A DNA stretch of 38,544 nucleotides from Armatimonadota bacterium (GCA_043814095.1 JBDRKI010000028.1:1-38544), one strand, 5' to 3'; positions 27,175 through 37,100 are shown, numbered from the stretch's first letter. The notes: generated by a model not told the origin, from the sequence alone. Translations and numbers: made by a program.

Positions 27175-27905
27175 AAACTCCTTATGTTATTACGGCTTTA
27201 GACACGGATGATATAAAAACAATCACAAGACTTGTAAGAAGCTTAAAAGGCCTCTCCCCTTATTTTAAAATAGGGCTTGAAGCGTTTTACTCGCAGGGTA
27301 AAAAAATACTTGATGTAGTGCATAAAGAAGGCGGGAAGATATTTCTTGACCTTAAATTCCATGATATACCCAATACCGTGGAGGGAGCAGTAAAAGCTGT
27401 AATGCATCCTTCTATTTTCATGCTAAACGCGCACTGTCTGGGCGGGAGCAACCTCTTAAAAGCATTTAAAAAATCAGCAGTAGAAAAAGCAAAACAGTTA
27501 AAAATGGCCGTGCCTAAACTTATAGGGGTTACCCTCCTTACAAGCTTAAGCCCTAAACATTTAAAAGAAGAATTTAAAATAAAAAATAAGCTCGCAGAAC
27601 AGGTAAAACACCTTGCCCTGCTTGCTAAAAAAAGCGGCCTGCACGGCGTAGTATGCTCGCCTCATGAAATAAAAATTATAAAGAAGGCGTGCGGGGGTAA
27701 ATTTCTTGCCGTAACACCCGGGATACGGACTAAAGATTCTAAAAAAGGCGACCAGGAAAGAATAACAACCCCGGAAGAAGCCGCAAAACAGGGAGCTGAC
27801 TACCTTGTTATAGGAAGGCCCGTAACAAAGGCAAAGGATCCTGAAAAAGCTTTAAAAGAAATACTGGAGAGTATAAACCAATGGAAAAAGAAAAACAGGA
27901 AATAA
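27171..27905 (+). CDS. pyrF: Orotidine-5'-phosphate decarboxylase
   Basis: ALD, FLDLKFHDIPNTV, VTPGIR, DQER, VIGRP. Confidence 0.96.
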   Translation: MKTPYVITALDTDDIKTITRLVRSLKGLSPYFKIGLEAFYSQGKKILDVVHKEGGKIFLDLKFHDIPNTVEGAVKAVMHPSIFMLNAHCLGGSNLLKAFKKSAVEKAKQLKMAVPKLIGVTLLTSLSPKHLKEEFKIKNKLAEQVKHLALLAKKSGLHGVVCSPHEIKIIKKACGGKFLAVTPGIRTKDSKKGDQERITTPEEAAKQGADYLVIGRPVTKAKDPEKALKEILESINQWKKKNRK

Positions 27906-28456
27906 TAAATATATTCAAAGAGAACAGCGCCCTGCTTACAGGGCATTTCCTTTTAAGCTCAGGGCTTCATTCAGATACATATTTTCAATGCGCGCTTTTA
28001 TTTGAAAAACCTCATACGGGAGAACTTTTATCAAAAAAGCTGGCAGAGCTTTTTAAAGATGAGAAACCCGATATAGTAATAGGACCTGCCATAGGCGGGA
28101 TAATTCTGGCTTATGAAACGGCAAAACATCTTAATGCAAAAGCCGCTTTTACCGAAAGAGAAAACGGCGTTATGAGATTAAGACGTGGATTTAAGATATT
28201 AAAAGACGAGAAAGTCCTTATTGTTGAAGATGTGCTTACCACCGGAAAATCCACAAAAGAAGTAATTGAAGTTATTAAAGAAGCAGGCGGCAGAATTATA
28301 GGGATAGGGTCTTTAATAAACAGGAGCTCCCGGGACTTAAACCTGCCTGTAGAGCCGAAATCCCTTTTAAAGATAGAAGTTAAAAATTATGATCCTTCAG
28401 CATGCCCTTTATGTGCCGAAAAGATACCTCTTATAAAGCCGGGGTCTAGAAATTAA
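27881..28456 (+). CDS. pyrE: Orotate phosphoribosyltransferase
   Basis: GHFLLSSGLHS, GPAIGG, LRRGF, VEDVLTTGKS, CPLC...KPGSR. Confidence 0.95.
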   Translation: MEKEKQEIINIFKENSALLTGHFLLSSGLHSDTYFQCALLFEKPHTGELLSKKLAELFKDEKPDIVIGPAIGGIILAYETAKHLNAKAAFTERENGVMRLRRGFKILKDEKVLIVEDVLTTGKSTKEVIEVIKEAGGRIIGIGSLINRSSRDLNLPVEPKSLLKIEVKNYDPSACPLCAEKIPLIKPGSRN

Positions 28457-28471
28457 AATATAAAAAACTGT

Positions 28472-28521
28472 ATAAATAAATAAAAGAGGGCTGATAAATC
28501 AACCCTCTTTTATTTATTTAT
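28472..28521. terminator. Bidirectional intrinsic terminator
   Basis: ATAAATAAATAAAAGAGGG...CCCTCTTTTATTTATTTAT, 19-bp outer stem, between convergent genes. Confidence 0.85.
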
Positions 28522-28534
28522 CTATAGTTATTAA

Positions 28535-28786
28535 CTACCATTTCTGAAAAAATGAATTAATCGCGGCACCCATAGCAAATGTGCCTCTTGATGTATTGGG
28601 GGATCCTAAAGCGCCTCCCAAATTGATAGTACCGTTTTTAGACCATGAAACACTCGGACCGATATCCCATCTATTTGAATCGGGCTTTTTTATCTGCCAG
28701 TCAGTCTTGGGACTTGCCTGTGTTAAAATCTTTGCCTGAGCCATGACACTATTCATTGCCGAGTTATCATTAATTCTGTTAAACAT
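28535..28786 (-). CDS. Small hypothetical protein (83 aa)
   Basis: ATG 28786 after GGGAGG; own promoter and terminator; no recognised motif. Confidence 0.7.
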   Translation of the reverse strand: MFNRINDNSAMNSVMAQAKILTQASPKTDWQIKKPDSNRWDIGPSVSWSKNGTINLGGALGSPNTSRGTFAMGAAINSFFQKW

Positions 28787-28835
28787 TCCGCCTCCCAAAA
28801 ATTAAGAGAGTAGGTCCTCTCTTTGTTGTGGGTAT

Positions 28836-28912
28836 ATTATAAGGCACGGAAGGTGTTTTTACAATATAAAAATGTTAACAAAATGTTAACTTTATGTTAA
28901 CAAAACGTTAAC
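28836..28912 (-). promoter_or_regulatory. Sigma70 promoter plus four GTTAAC repeats (11-bp period)
   Basis: Minus strand TTGTAA-N17-TATAAT (-10 at 28836-28841); GTTAAC at 28874, 28885, 28896, 28907. Confidence 0.75.
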
Positions 28913-28957
28913 GTTTTAGGGTTAAAAATTTCTTATTTTGCGGTATTTTTACAGGGG

Positions 28958-30058
28958 TTATTTTCCCGCTTTTTCGCCCTTTGCGGTCTCTTTTTTTCCT
29001 TTATATTTCATCTTTAAAAGATCGTCTACAGTTACGAATTTATACTCATTTTCCTGTAATTTATCCAGAATATCGGCAAGGCATTCAAGGCAGAAAGGCT
29101 GTAGATCATGGAAAAGAACTACCCCGCCTTTTTTAGCAACCCCATCCGCAACATTCTTAGTCATTAACTCTTTACCGGGATTCTCCCAGTCAAAAGAATT
29201 TACTGTCCAGAGCACAATCTCCGTAAGGCCTGAGGATTCAGCGGCATTTAAAACCACCTCATTATACCTGCCTCCCGGGGGACGGAATTTGGTCATTTTA
29301 TACTCATAACCCAGAGCTTTATTAACCGCTTTTTGCGTCTTTATAAGTTCTTCTTCCAGTTCTTCCCGGGTTACTTTATCCATATCCGGATGGCTGTAGG
29401 TATGATTGCCGAGAATATGGCCTTCGTTTACAATCCTGCGCGTAAGCCTGGGATTTCTTTCCGCCATCTCGCCTACGACAAAAAATACAGCTTTAATATT
29501 ATAATCTTTGAGAATATCAAGAATTTTAGGAGTATTATCGGGATTGGGCCCGTCATCAAACGTTAATGCGATATTTTTACCGAATCTGTCGTTATAGCTT
29601 ATATGATTACAGGTTATTTTAACTCTTTTTGGAACGGTTTTTTCTGAAGCATCCCCTTTAATGCCGGATTCTTCAACAGGCGCTGGTTTAACTTCGGGAG
29701 TTTTTACAACGGGAATTTTTATTATATCCCCGGGCTTTACTAAATCAGGATTTACTATTTTAGGGTTAGCGCTGAGTAGCAGGTCTAAACTTATATTATG
29801 ATCATCTGCTATCCATGTTAAATTCTCCCCGGGCTTGATTTCATAATCTTTAGTTTTTCCTTTGAAAAGCATGGCTCTTGACCTTTTAAGAGCTTCGGTT
29901 ACCGGTATTTTTATTACATCACCCGGCTTAATTAAATCAGGGTTCTTTATCTCCGGATTGGCTTTAAGAATTTTATCCATGCTTGTTTTATACCTGCCCG
30001 CGATATCAAGAAGGATATCATCTCTTTTAACCTTATATCTTATATATTCATCAGCCAT
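28958..30058 (-). CDS. LysM x2 + polysaccharide/peptidoglycan deacetylase (CE4/NodB)
   Basis: Two LysM repeats (Y.VK..D.L..IA..Y...ANP.I.NPDLI.PG..IKIP); TFDDGP, HTYSH, RPPGG, DW, LFHD; ATG 30058 after AAGGAAGG. Confidence 0.9.
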   Translation of the reverse strand: MADEYIRYKVKRDDILLDIAGRYKTSMDKILKANPEIKNPDLIKPGDVIKIPVTEALKRSRAMLFKGKTKDYEIKPGENLTWIADDHNISLDLLLSANPKIVNPDLVKPGDIIKIPVVKTPEVKPAPVEESGIKGDASEKTVPKRVKITCNHISYNDRFGKNIALTFDDGPNPDNTPKILDILKDYNIKAVFFVVGEMAERNPRLTRRIVNEGHILGNHTYSHPDMDKVTREELEEELIKTQKAVNKALGYEYKMTKFRPPGGRYNEVVLNAAESSGLTEIVLWTVNSFDWENPGKELMTKNVADGVAKKGGVVLFHDLQPFCLECLADILDKLQENEYKFVTVDDLLKMKYKGKKETAKGEKAGK

Positions 30059-30068
30059 ATTACCTTCC

Positions 30069-31418
30069 TTAAAAAACAGAAATAATCTGGTATATGGGAA
30101 GCATGGCAACCAGTGCAATAAAGCATATAACAATGCCGAAAATAATGATAATCACCGGCTCTAATATATTTGACAATCTTATAAACACATCCTCTACTTC
30201 CATCTTGTAAATATCTATGACTTTCTGGAGAAGTTCAACAAGACGCCCCGATTCCTCCCCCGTTCTTATAAGCTGGAGAGCGACGGGAGGAAAAAACCCG
30301 ACCATCTTTAATCCGGTGCTTAAATTCTCACCGCTGGGTATCTTTGAAAAAACAAAATCATCAAGCTTTCTTTTTACATAAGTATTTTCAAAGATTCCGG
30401 ATAAAATCTTTACGGCCGGTATAATATTAATCCCTGCCTTATGCAGCATATGGAGCGTCATGCAGAAATTTATGACATACATCTTTAAAAGCGCATCCCC
30501 TATAAAAGGGATGCTTATCTTAAATTTATCCCATTTATACCTGCCCACAGGCGTTTTTATATATGAATAGATCATATATATGACGGCTAATCCCATAAAG
30601 GTAAGCATGTACCCCGTAAGAGGATACGAGAAAACTTTAGCCGTGAATATTACGGCTTTCGCAAGACCTTTTATCTTCATAATATCAACTGTACTGCTTA
30701 AAGCTAAAATGGCCGGAACAAGCATTTTAGCTATAATAAAAAGAATTACAAAAGAAAATATGCCTACTGTTACCGGATATATTAAAGCTCCCTTCAGCTT
30801 CCCCATGAGATATCTTTTCTTTTCCTCAAGCTGAGCGAGCTCTTCAAATACAAGCGGCATATTGCTGGATTTCTCCCCCGCCTTAATAACACTTATATGC
30901 ATATTTGAAAAATAATTGGGAAACCTGGCAAAAACCTCCGTAACGGAAGCGCCGTTGGCTTTTAAATCATACATCATGCGTTCAAGCACTTCCCCGAATC
31001 TTTTGCTTTTTGTATGCTTTTTCGCGGTATCAAGAGCGGGAATTATGGATATCCCCGACTTTAACATAACAGCCATCTCCCTGAAGAAAGACTTAAAAAC
31101 ATTATCCCTGTCGGCTTTATCAAGATAATCCCTGACCCGGTCATTGATATTATCTTTTATATAATTTAAGTCATACCTTAAATTAAGCTTAAAAGGATAT
31201 ATCTGCAGGAATTTTCTGCCTGTTAAAATTGATCTGGCGCTCCTGTCGTAATAAAGGGCGTCTTCCCTGCCTCTGGCGGCAAGGCTTTTAACAAGCTCTG
31301 AAGACGAGTTTTTTCTCCTTAACTTATTCTTCTGCCTGCGGGTCTCTTTTTCTATGTACTCCAAGACCTCTTTCAGACTGCCTGTTTTTAAATTATAGGT
31401 ATTTTTTACCGACGGCAT
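30069..31418 (-). CDS. pilC: Type II secretion F / type IV pilus platform protein (PilC-like), atypical N-terminus
   Basis: FREMAVMLKSGISI, AGEKS, ALIYP, TGEESGRL, LEPVIII...AMLPIY. Confidence 0.85.
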   Translation of the reverse strand: MPSVKNTYNLKTGSLKEVLEYIEKETRRQKNKLRRKNSSSELVKSLAARGREDALYYDRSARSILTGRKFLQIYPFKLNLRYDLNYIKDNINDRVRDYLDKADRDNVFKSFFREMAVMLKSGISIIPALDTAKKHTKSKRFGEVLERMMYDLKANGASVTEVFARFPNYFSNMHISVIKAGEKSSNMPLVFEELAQLEEKKRYLMGKLKGALIYPVTVGIFSFVILFIIAKMLVPAILALSSTVDIMKIKGLAKAVIFTAKVFSYPLTGYMLTFMGLAVIYMIYSYIKTPVGRYKWDKFKISIPFIGDALLKMYVINFCMTLHMLHKAGINIIPAVKILSGIFENTYVKRKLDDFVFSKIPSGENLSTGLKMVGFFPPVALQLIRTGEESGRLVELLQKVIDIYKMEVEDVFIRLSNILEPVIIIIFGIVICFIALVAMLPIYQIISVF

Positions 31419-31466
31419 AGCCCTCTCCTTCTTAAATCTTTCTTTCTTATTTTCCTATTTTCTTTC

Positions 31467-32228
31467 CTATTTTTTATAACACGGAGCACCTGTCTGGAGT
31501 TCATACCAGGATCTTGCAAAAGCAAGATTAATTCCGGAATCTGTATAATTAGGCTGAAGCACTGCTCCGTATACGGCTTTAGTGTTCTTATCGGTAACAC
31601 ATAGAAATATCTGGTTCTCCGCCACCGTAACTCCTCCACTGGGACCTGTAGCCCTGACAAAACACAATGATGCGGATATTTGATCGGGCGAATAACTGCC
31701 GGAAGGCGCATCAAGAGGCTTCCATCCGCTGTTATGGGTATAATATCCTCCCCCGTATTTATTTTCCGCGTAATAAATTTTACTATCATCAGGGGAAGTC
31801 ACAAAAATTATAGTACTATAATAATACGGAGAAGATCTCGGTACGGTTAAGGTAAACATATCACCCTTTAATTGCGAACTTCTCCTTACAGTACTCCCGT
31901 TCGCATAAGCTCCGCTTATAATATTTTTAACTCGAACTTCCACTTCTTTGTAATCATCGCGTCCCTCAAATTCATGTATATAAACTTTACCTTTAAGGTT
32001 GGGATCCGAATTAATATTAAACTCCCCTTCTTTAATATCCGTATCCTCGGGCAGACCCCTTATCTCCTCAAGTTTATTCTGCATCTCTACTGTTGCCATG
32101 GTTATATCTTTTGCCTTCCTGAAATTTCTCAATGCCACAGGAAATAAATCAAGAAGAAAAACAATCCCTATCATTAATAAAAGCAGAGCGATCATTACCT
32201 CTAAAAACGTAAATCCTCTTTTTTTCAT
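31467..32228 (-). CDS. Prepilin-like protein (PilV-like) with C-terminal extension
   Basis: Class III signal MKKRG|FTFLEVMIALLLL. Confidence 0.85.
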   Translation of the reverse strand: MKKRGFTFLEVMIALLLLMIGIVFLLDLFPVALRNFRKAKDITMATVEMQNKLEEIRGLPEDTDIKEGEFNINSDPNLKGKVYIHEFEGRDDYKEVEVRVKNIISGAYANGSTVRRSSQLKGDMFTLTVPRSSPYYYSTIIFVTSPDDSKIYYAENKYGGGYYTHNSGWKPLDAPSGSYSPDQISASLCFVRATGPSGGVTVAENQIFLCVTDKNTKAVYGAVLQPNYTDSGINLAFARSWYELQTGAPCYKK

Positions 32229-32240
32229 GGCAGTCCCCCA

Positions 32241-32798
32241 TTATTTTAATTTTATCAGCGCGTTTAACTTAATCTCCGGCTGATTCTTTTCTACCGACTT
32301 ATCTATGCTTCTTAACGTTATCTGCACCATGGTTGTTTCAAACTCTTCGCCTTGTTTATTTTCATTAAACAACTCAAAGTTAAGGTGATCTATGTTCCGG
32401 GCTATAAGTTTTTCTTCCAGAATAAGGTCTGTATCTGGATAATCCGGACTGTATATCAATAAATTTACCTTTCCGCCGGGGATATGTTTAAATCCCAGAA
32501 CTTCTTTTTGGGGATTTAATAACTCGCCGGTACTTTTTGCGAATATAATGGTATTGCGGCTCTTTTTTATATCATCCGGATAATAAATAATCTCTGCTTC
32601 CCTTAAATAATTGCTCATTCTCGCGACCGCTTCCCTCGCCGAACGCAGATGCATGGTTTTATTCTCCATACTGCTTATTATGTTCCAGCCCCTTAAAAGT
32701 ATTGTCAGCGATATTGTCATAACGGCGAGAAATACCGCGCTTATAATCAAAACTTCCGCGATAGAATAACCTTTAAGTTTTTTATCTTTCTTTTTCAT
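32241..32798 (-). CDS. Prepilin-like protein (PilW/GspJ-like)
   Basis: KLKG|YSIAEVLII hydrophobic helix with Glu+5; AR.A..RM...LREA. Confidence 0.75.
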   Translation of the reverse strand: MKKKDKKLKGYSIAEVLIISAVFLAVMTISLTILLRGWNIISSMENKTMHLRSAREAVARMSNYLREAEIIYYPDDIKKSRNTIIFAKSTGELLNPQKEVLGFKHIPGGKVNLLIYSPDYPDTDLILEEKLIARNIDHLNFELFNENKQGEEFETTMVQITLRSIDKSVEKNQPEIKLNALIKLK

Positions 32799-33181
32799 CT
32801 CTGCCGCCAGTCAAGAACCACTCCGTCCTGTATAACCGCGGTTATGGTTTTTGTTCTGTTTGAATTAAGAGGCTTGCCCGTACAGGCAACTTCAATCTTT
32901 TTAACATCAATCTTTTTCGCTTCTATACTGCAGGCACCAGTCAAAAGTTTTATGTCTTTCATATTGCTAATAATGTTATCGGCGCTATTTCCTTCTTCTG
33001 ATACAGCGCATGCGTATTCCACCCCGGCCCAAGCGAGGAAATAGGCTCTGGTATCATTTTTGTGCTTGACCGCGAATATATAATCAGCGCCTCCTGTCTC
33101 CAGAAAGGCCATCCCCATAATTGAAATAATTACAAGAATCATTAAGACGGTAATAACTGCTATGCCTTTTTGCTTCTTCAT
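32795..33181 (-). CDS. Prepilin-like protein (PilX/GspK-like)
   Basis: MKKQKG|IAVITVLMIL without Glu+5; RAYFLAWAGVEYA motif. Confidence 0.8.
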   Translation of the reverse strand: MKKQKGIAVITVLMILVIISIMGMAFLETGGADYIFAVKHKNDTRAYFLAWAGVEYACAVSEEGNSADNIISNMKDIKLLTGACSIEAKKIDVKKIEVACTGKPLNSNRTKTITAVIQDGVVLDWRQR

Positions 33182-33289
33182 AAAAAAACCTTATAAAAAA
33201 TAACAGTATATTAAGGACGGCAGAAATAATGATAAAAACGGAGAGGCTGTTTATATAATAAATGACGGGATAAAAATAATTATAAGGAT

Positions 33290-33371
33290 ATTATAGCCGT
33301 TTTGGAAATTTAAATAAAGTATTTTTCCGTTTATTTATGTTAACAAATTGTTAACATTTTATACCTTATAA
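33290..33371 (-). promoter_or_regulatory. -10 box of the pseudopilin operon with GTTAAC repeat pair
   Basis: Minus-strand TATAAT at 33290-33295; GTTAAC at 33339 and 33350; TATACCTTATAA at 33360-33371. Confidence 0.6.
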
Positions 33372-33489
33372 TGCCCGGGGAAACATTAAAGTATTGGACT
33401 TGCAGGCAAATTTTTGATATAATTTTTTAAAATAGACAATACTTCTATCGTAAAATTAAAGTTTATATCTATAATAAGGAAGCAGAACA

Positions 33490-33831
33490 GTGAAAATCGT
33501 AAAAGATAAAATCCGGATAAAAGAACTAAAAGAAATGGCTGATAACAGTTTCGGAAACTTTATTAAAGCCGTTGTTGATATTGAAAATGAAATCATAGCG
33601 GTAGACGCCGAACTTCATTCTGACGAAAAAGCCTTGCTTTTGGAAAACGGTTCTAATCAGAAAAACCTCTGGGGCATAAATTTATATCCGGAACTCCCGG
33701 GAGAAGATTTTATTGAATTTGATTCAATGATTAACCTGCGTCCTTCTCAGGAAAACCGTACAAGAGGAGTGGATAATCCCGGAAACAGAGAAAAAATAAA
33801 AGTCATAATTAATAAGCTGGTGGCAAGATGA
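33490..33831 (+). CDS. DUF5674-like protein
   Basis: IKAVVD...AVDAELHSD...LLENGS.Q..LWGINLYP...IEFDSMINLRPSQ.NR.RGV; AAGGA RBS before GTG. Confidence 0.8.
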   Translation: MKIVKDKIRIKELKEMADNSFGNFIKAVVDIENEIIAVDAELHSDEKALLLENGSNQKNLWGINLYPELPGEDFIEFDSMINLRPSQENRTRGVDNPGNREKIKVIINKLVAR

Positions 33832-34157
33832 GTTATCAACATAAAGACTTAGCAAACGGCAGATGGTTTGAACTTTCATTTCCGTCTCAGATGGCTAATA
33901 TTGGAAGCGAAGTAATCAGAACCATTAACTGGAAAAACAAAAACAATCCCGAATACAGCAGAAAAGCGTTTGAACGCGCTTTAGAGCTTCTCAGCTTAAC
34001 CATTTCCGACAACAAAAACAAAAAACGTCTTAGAGAACTGACCCGTCTTTACGAAGTACTGGCTGACTATTTTGCTTTTAACAATGAATACGGTTCTACC
34101 GATACAGCCTGGCAGAATTATTTTCTGGGTTTTAATTATATGGCCAGGCTGGCATAA
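33828..34157 (+). CDS. Helical hypothetical protein coupled to the DUF5674-like gene
   Basis: ATGA overlap; HK.LA.GRW..LS...QMANIGSEV.R...AFERALELL...RLRELTR pattern. Confidence 0.8.
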   Translation: MSYQHKDLANGRWFELSFPSQMANIGSEVIRTINWKNKNNPEYSRKAFERALELLSLTISDNKNKKRLRELTRLYEVLADYFAFNNEYGSTDTAWQNYFLGFNYMARLA

Positions 34158-34165
34158 ATTTGCAA

Positions 34166-37100
34166 TTATATATCAATCTCTTTCTCTGCTTTATTTCCCG
34201 ATGCATCTTCTGCCCTTATATAAGCTTTTCTGTTTTTACTGTCTTTGGGAATCGCGGCTTTTATTATGAAGAAATCTTCAAAATTATTAAACATGCCGTT
34301 TACGGGTATGGCGGTATACCAGGACTTTTTATCAAACGAGAAGCTTACATATTCGGGAAGCACATTCTTACAGGTTATCATGCCTTCTACCGTAAGAATA
34401 TTGTCTTTAACGGTTTTATTCACGACTTTAATCTCCGGCTTCGTATTGCATATCCGGAAAGGATTGGAAACCATCTCGGCTTTCAGATTTTTGTCTAAAA
34501 CATTATACGCCGTCAGCCTTATTCTGTATTTTCCGTCAGGGATTTTCTTGGTATCCCAGGTATATGCCATGTCCGCGGAAACCGGATTATTCCCGTTTTT
34601 CATATCTTTCTTCTTTAAAGAAACGGGGATATCCATATCTATCTCTGTCCAGTTATTTGAAGCCTCAGACCTGTAATACAGGCTGAATCTTACAAGATCA
34701 AGCGATGTGTCGCCGCATATCCATTCTATATCCTTCTCCCCGCTCCATGCATCAAAAGTATACGGGAATAGAAATACGAGGAACGGGGTTTTAAACAAGG
34801 GCTTATGTTTAAAGCTTGCCCCGAAAAATTTGGGAGCCGCGCTTGAATTTCCGGACTTTAATTCCACTTTATACTGAAAATACTCGGCAGGCGGGGATTT
34901 TATCATTGCTTTACCGCCGGAAAAATTTAAACTTCTCCATCCGGACCATTTAGAGTCAGGATCGGCAGACTGCCCGCTTCTTGTATAAACCGATACGGAT
35001 GCCGCCGAAGGCGTATTTTTCTCGCATTCAAAAACACCCATATCGGATGTATTTTTAAGATCAAAGACCCGCGATATAAATTCCCCTTTAGGCGCGCAGC
35101 CCGTTTTTAATACCCCCGCCGAAGCGTAATCTCCCGTGGTGAAATAAATATTGCCCGAAGAGTCTTTTGAAAAATCAAAAATTTCTCCGCATTTTAAGTC
35201 ATGCAGGTAAAGTATCTCTTCATTCTTTTTAAGTTTATATATTTTAGCGCTTTTTGCTGTGCCGAAAACAGGCTCGTCGTTCTCATCAACCTCAACCGAT
35301 GTAATATAATCTTCTTTTACGCTGTAGCCGTAAAACGCGCCTAATTTACTGATCTTAATTAAACTGTGCCCGCATGCCGCGTATATATTGCCGCGGGAAT
35401 CAGCGCATAAATCAAGAACCGCCTCGCCTTCGCACTGGCAAACAGGAGTAAGCCTGCCGGGTCCGTTAACAGCGTAAATTATTCCTCTTTCCGCGGTACC
35501 TATAACGGGGAGCCCCGACTTGAATGTGAGAGCTTTTACGTGAAGATCATCCGCCGAAGCGTATTCAGCCGCGTGACCGCTTAAGCTTATCTTATAAAGC
35601 TTTGCAGGGATGCCGGTTGCCGCCCATACTGCGTCATTATTATATTTAAGCTGCCATATATATTTTACCGGCAGAGAGGCAAATAAGACCTCGCCACCGT
35701 AAGGGGAAACCTTAAATATCTTTCCGGATGGCGCAGAAGAAGCCAGAATTGACCCGTCGGGAAGGTTTAATACCGAAGTTATAATGCCGCCGGGGAGCGT
35801 TGCCAGCACTCTGCCTGTGCCCGCATTTATTATATTGCCGTCCTGGTCCGCGATAATTAAACTTTTAAGCTTTGAGCTGTAATCGGAACAGTATATGAAA
35901 TTGGAGTCCGGCTTATACAGAATATCTTTTTCCTTGCTTAAAGTAATATAGCCGGCGTCGGAGATCGCTGTTTCTTTAATCTGTCCCGCAAAAAATTCTT
36001 TTACTTCCGTATCTTTGGAAGTAAAGCTTGTTAAGGGCACAACCTTATCTTTATCTTCTTTTGGAGTCTCTTCTTTTTTGTCTTTAACTTCTTCTTTTTT
36101 TAATTCCTTTTCCGCGGCATCTTTCTCTTTGTCTTTATCTTTTTCGTCTTCTGCTTTGTTGGTATCTTCTGCCGGCTTACCATTTTCGTTAAGCATAAGA
36201 AAATTAAATTTCCTTGTGCATAAAGATTCTTTTTGTGATTCTTCTTCGGCCGGTGATTCTTCCTCCGGGGCCGTATCTTCTTTTTTCTTTTCCTTTAATA
36301 CTTCCTGGGATACCGAAACCCATGTTGTTTCAAAGTTAGTTATTATATAAGGGGTATCCAGGGTTTGCGTCTGGACATTAGGCTCTTGTTCAATAATGCT
36401 CTGAGAGGAAGAAGCTAGTATGCCAACAAGATACTTTGGCATAAAAGGATATGATCTCCCCGAAATATTCACGGTATCCGTAGGATAAACAAATTTAATA
36501 ACCAGCTGGTTATTTTTTTCTATGGTTTCTATCCTGTTTACAAGCTGGTTGAAATCAGTAATTTTTTTGCGCGGCAGGTGAAGCCTTTTTTCCAGAAGAT
36601 CAAAAACTTGTCCCCCGCAGGCGCCTATATTAATCTCTCCGGCCTGTATGCTTTTAGGGACTTCCGCCTTAAATGTCTTTTCAAAAACCTTACCGTTATA
36701 GGGCTTTATGACTACATGGAGAAAAATATCTCCTCCCTTATCAATTTTGTTCTTATCAAGGTAAATCTTTTCAATCCGGGCGGTTAAATTCTTATCTATA
36801 AATTCTATATCCACGTCAACATCTTTAAAGGATACCTTTTCAAATTCATTCTCTTTTATAATGCCGGCAAGAACCCCGAAAACAGACTGTATGTTGTATA
36901 AAGGGCCCAGTCTGTCATAAAACACATCCGAGTATTCTATAACCCTGCCGTCCGAGAGGGTGAACTTTATATCCGCTTTCGCCGCGCCTGCGCTGTCCCC
37001 TATAAGGGCGGCATTAGCGGCTTCACCTATGGCGGAGCTCATAACAAAAGAGACAATCGGATGATCTATCCTTGCGACTTCTATATTGAATTTTTTAACT

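Noticed and set aside
30059-30133. Hydrophobic N-terminal extension of the LysM-deacetylase as a signal peptide
   Set aside because: It overlaps the pilC 3' end by 65 nt and has no basic n-region; a good RBS precedes ATG 30058. Not fully excluded.
31406-31789. 127-aa alternative-frame minus-strand ORF
   Set aside because: Lies almost wholly within the PilV-like gene; no motif or RBS.
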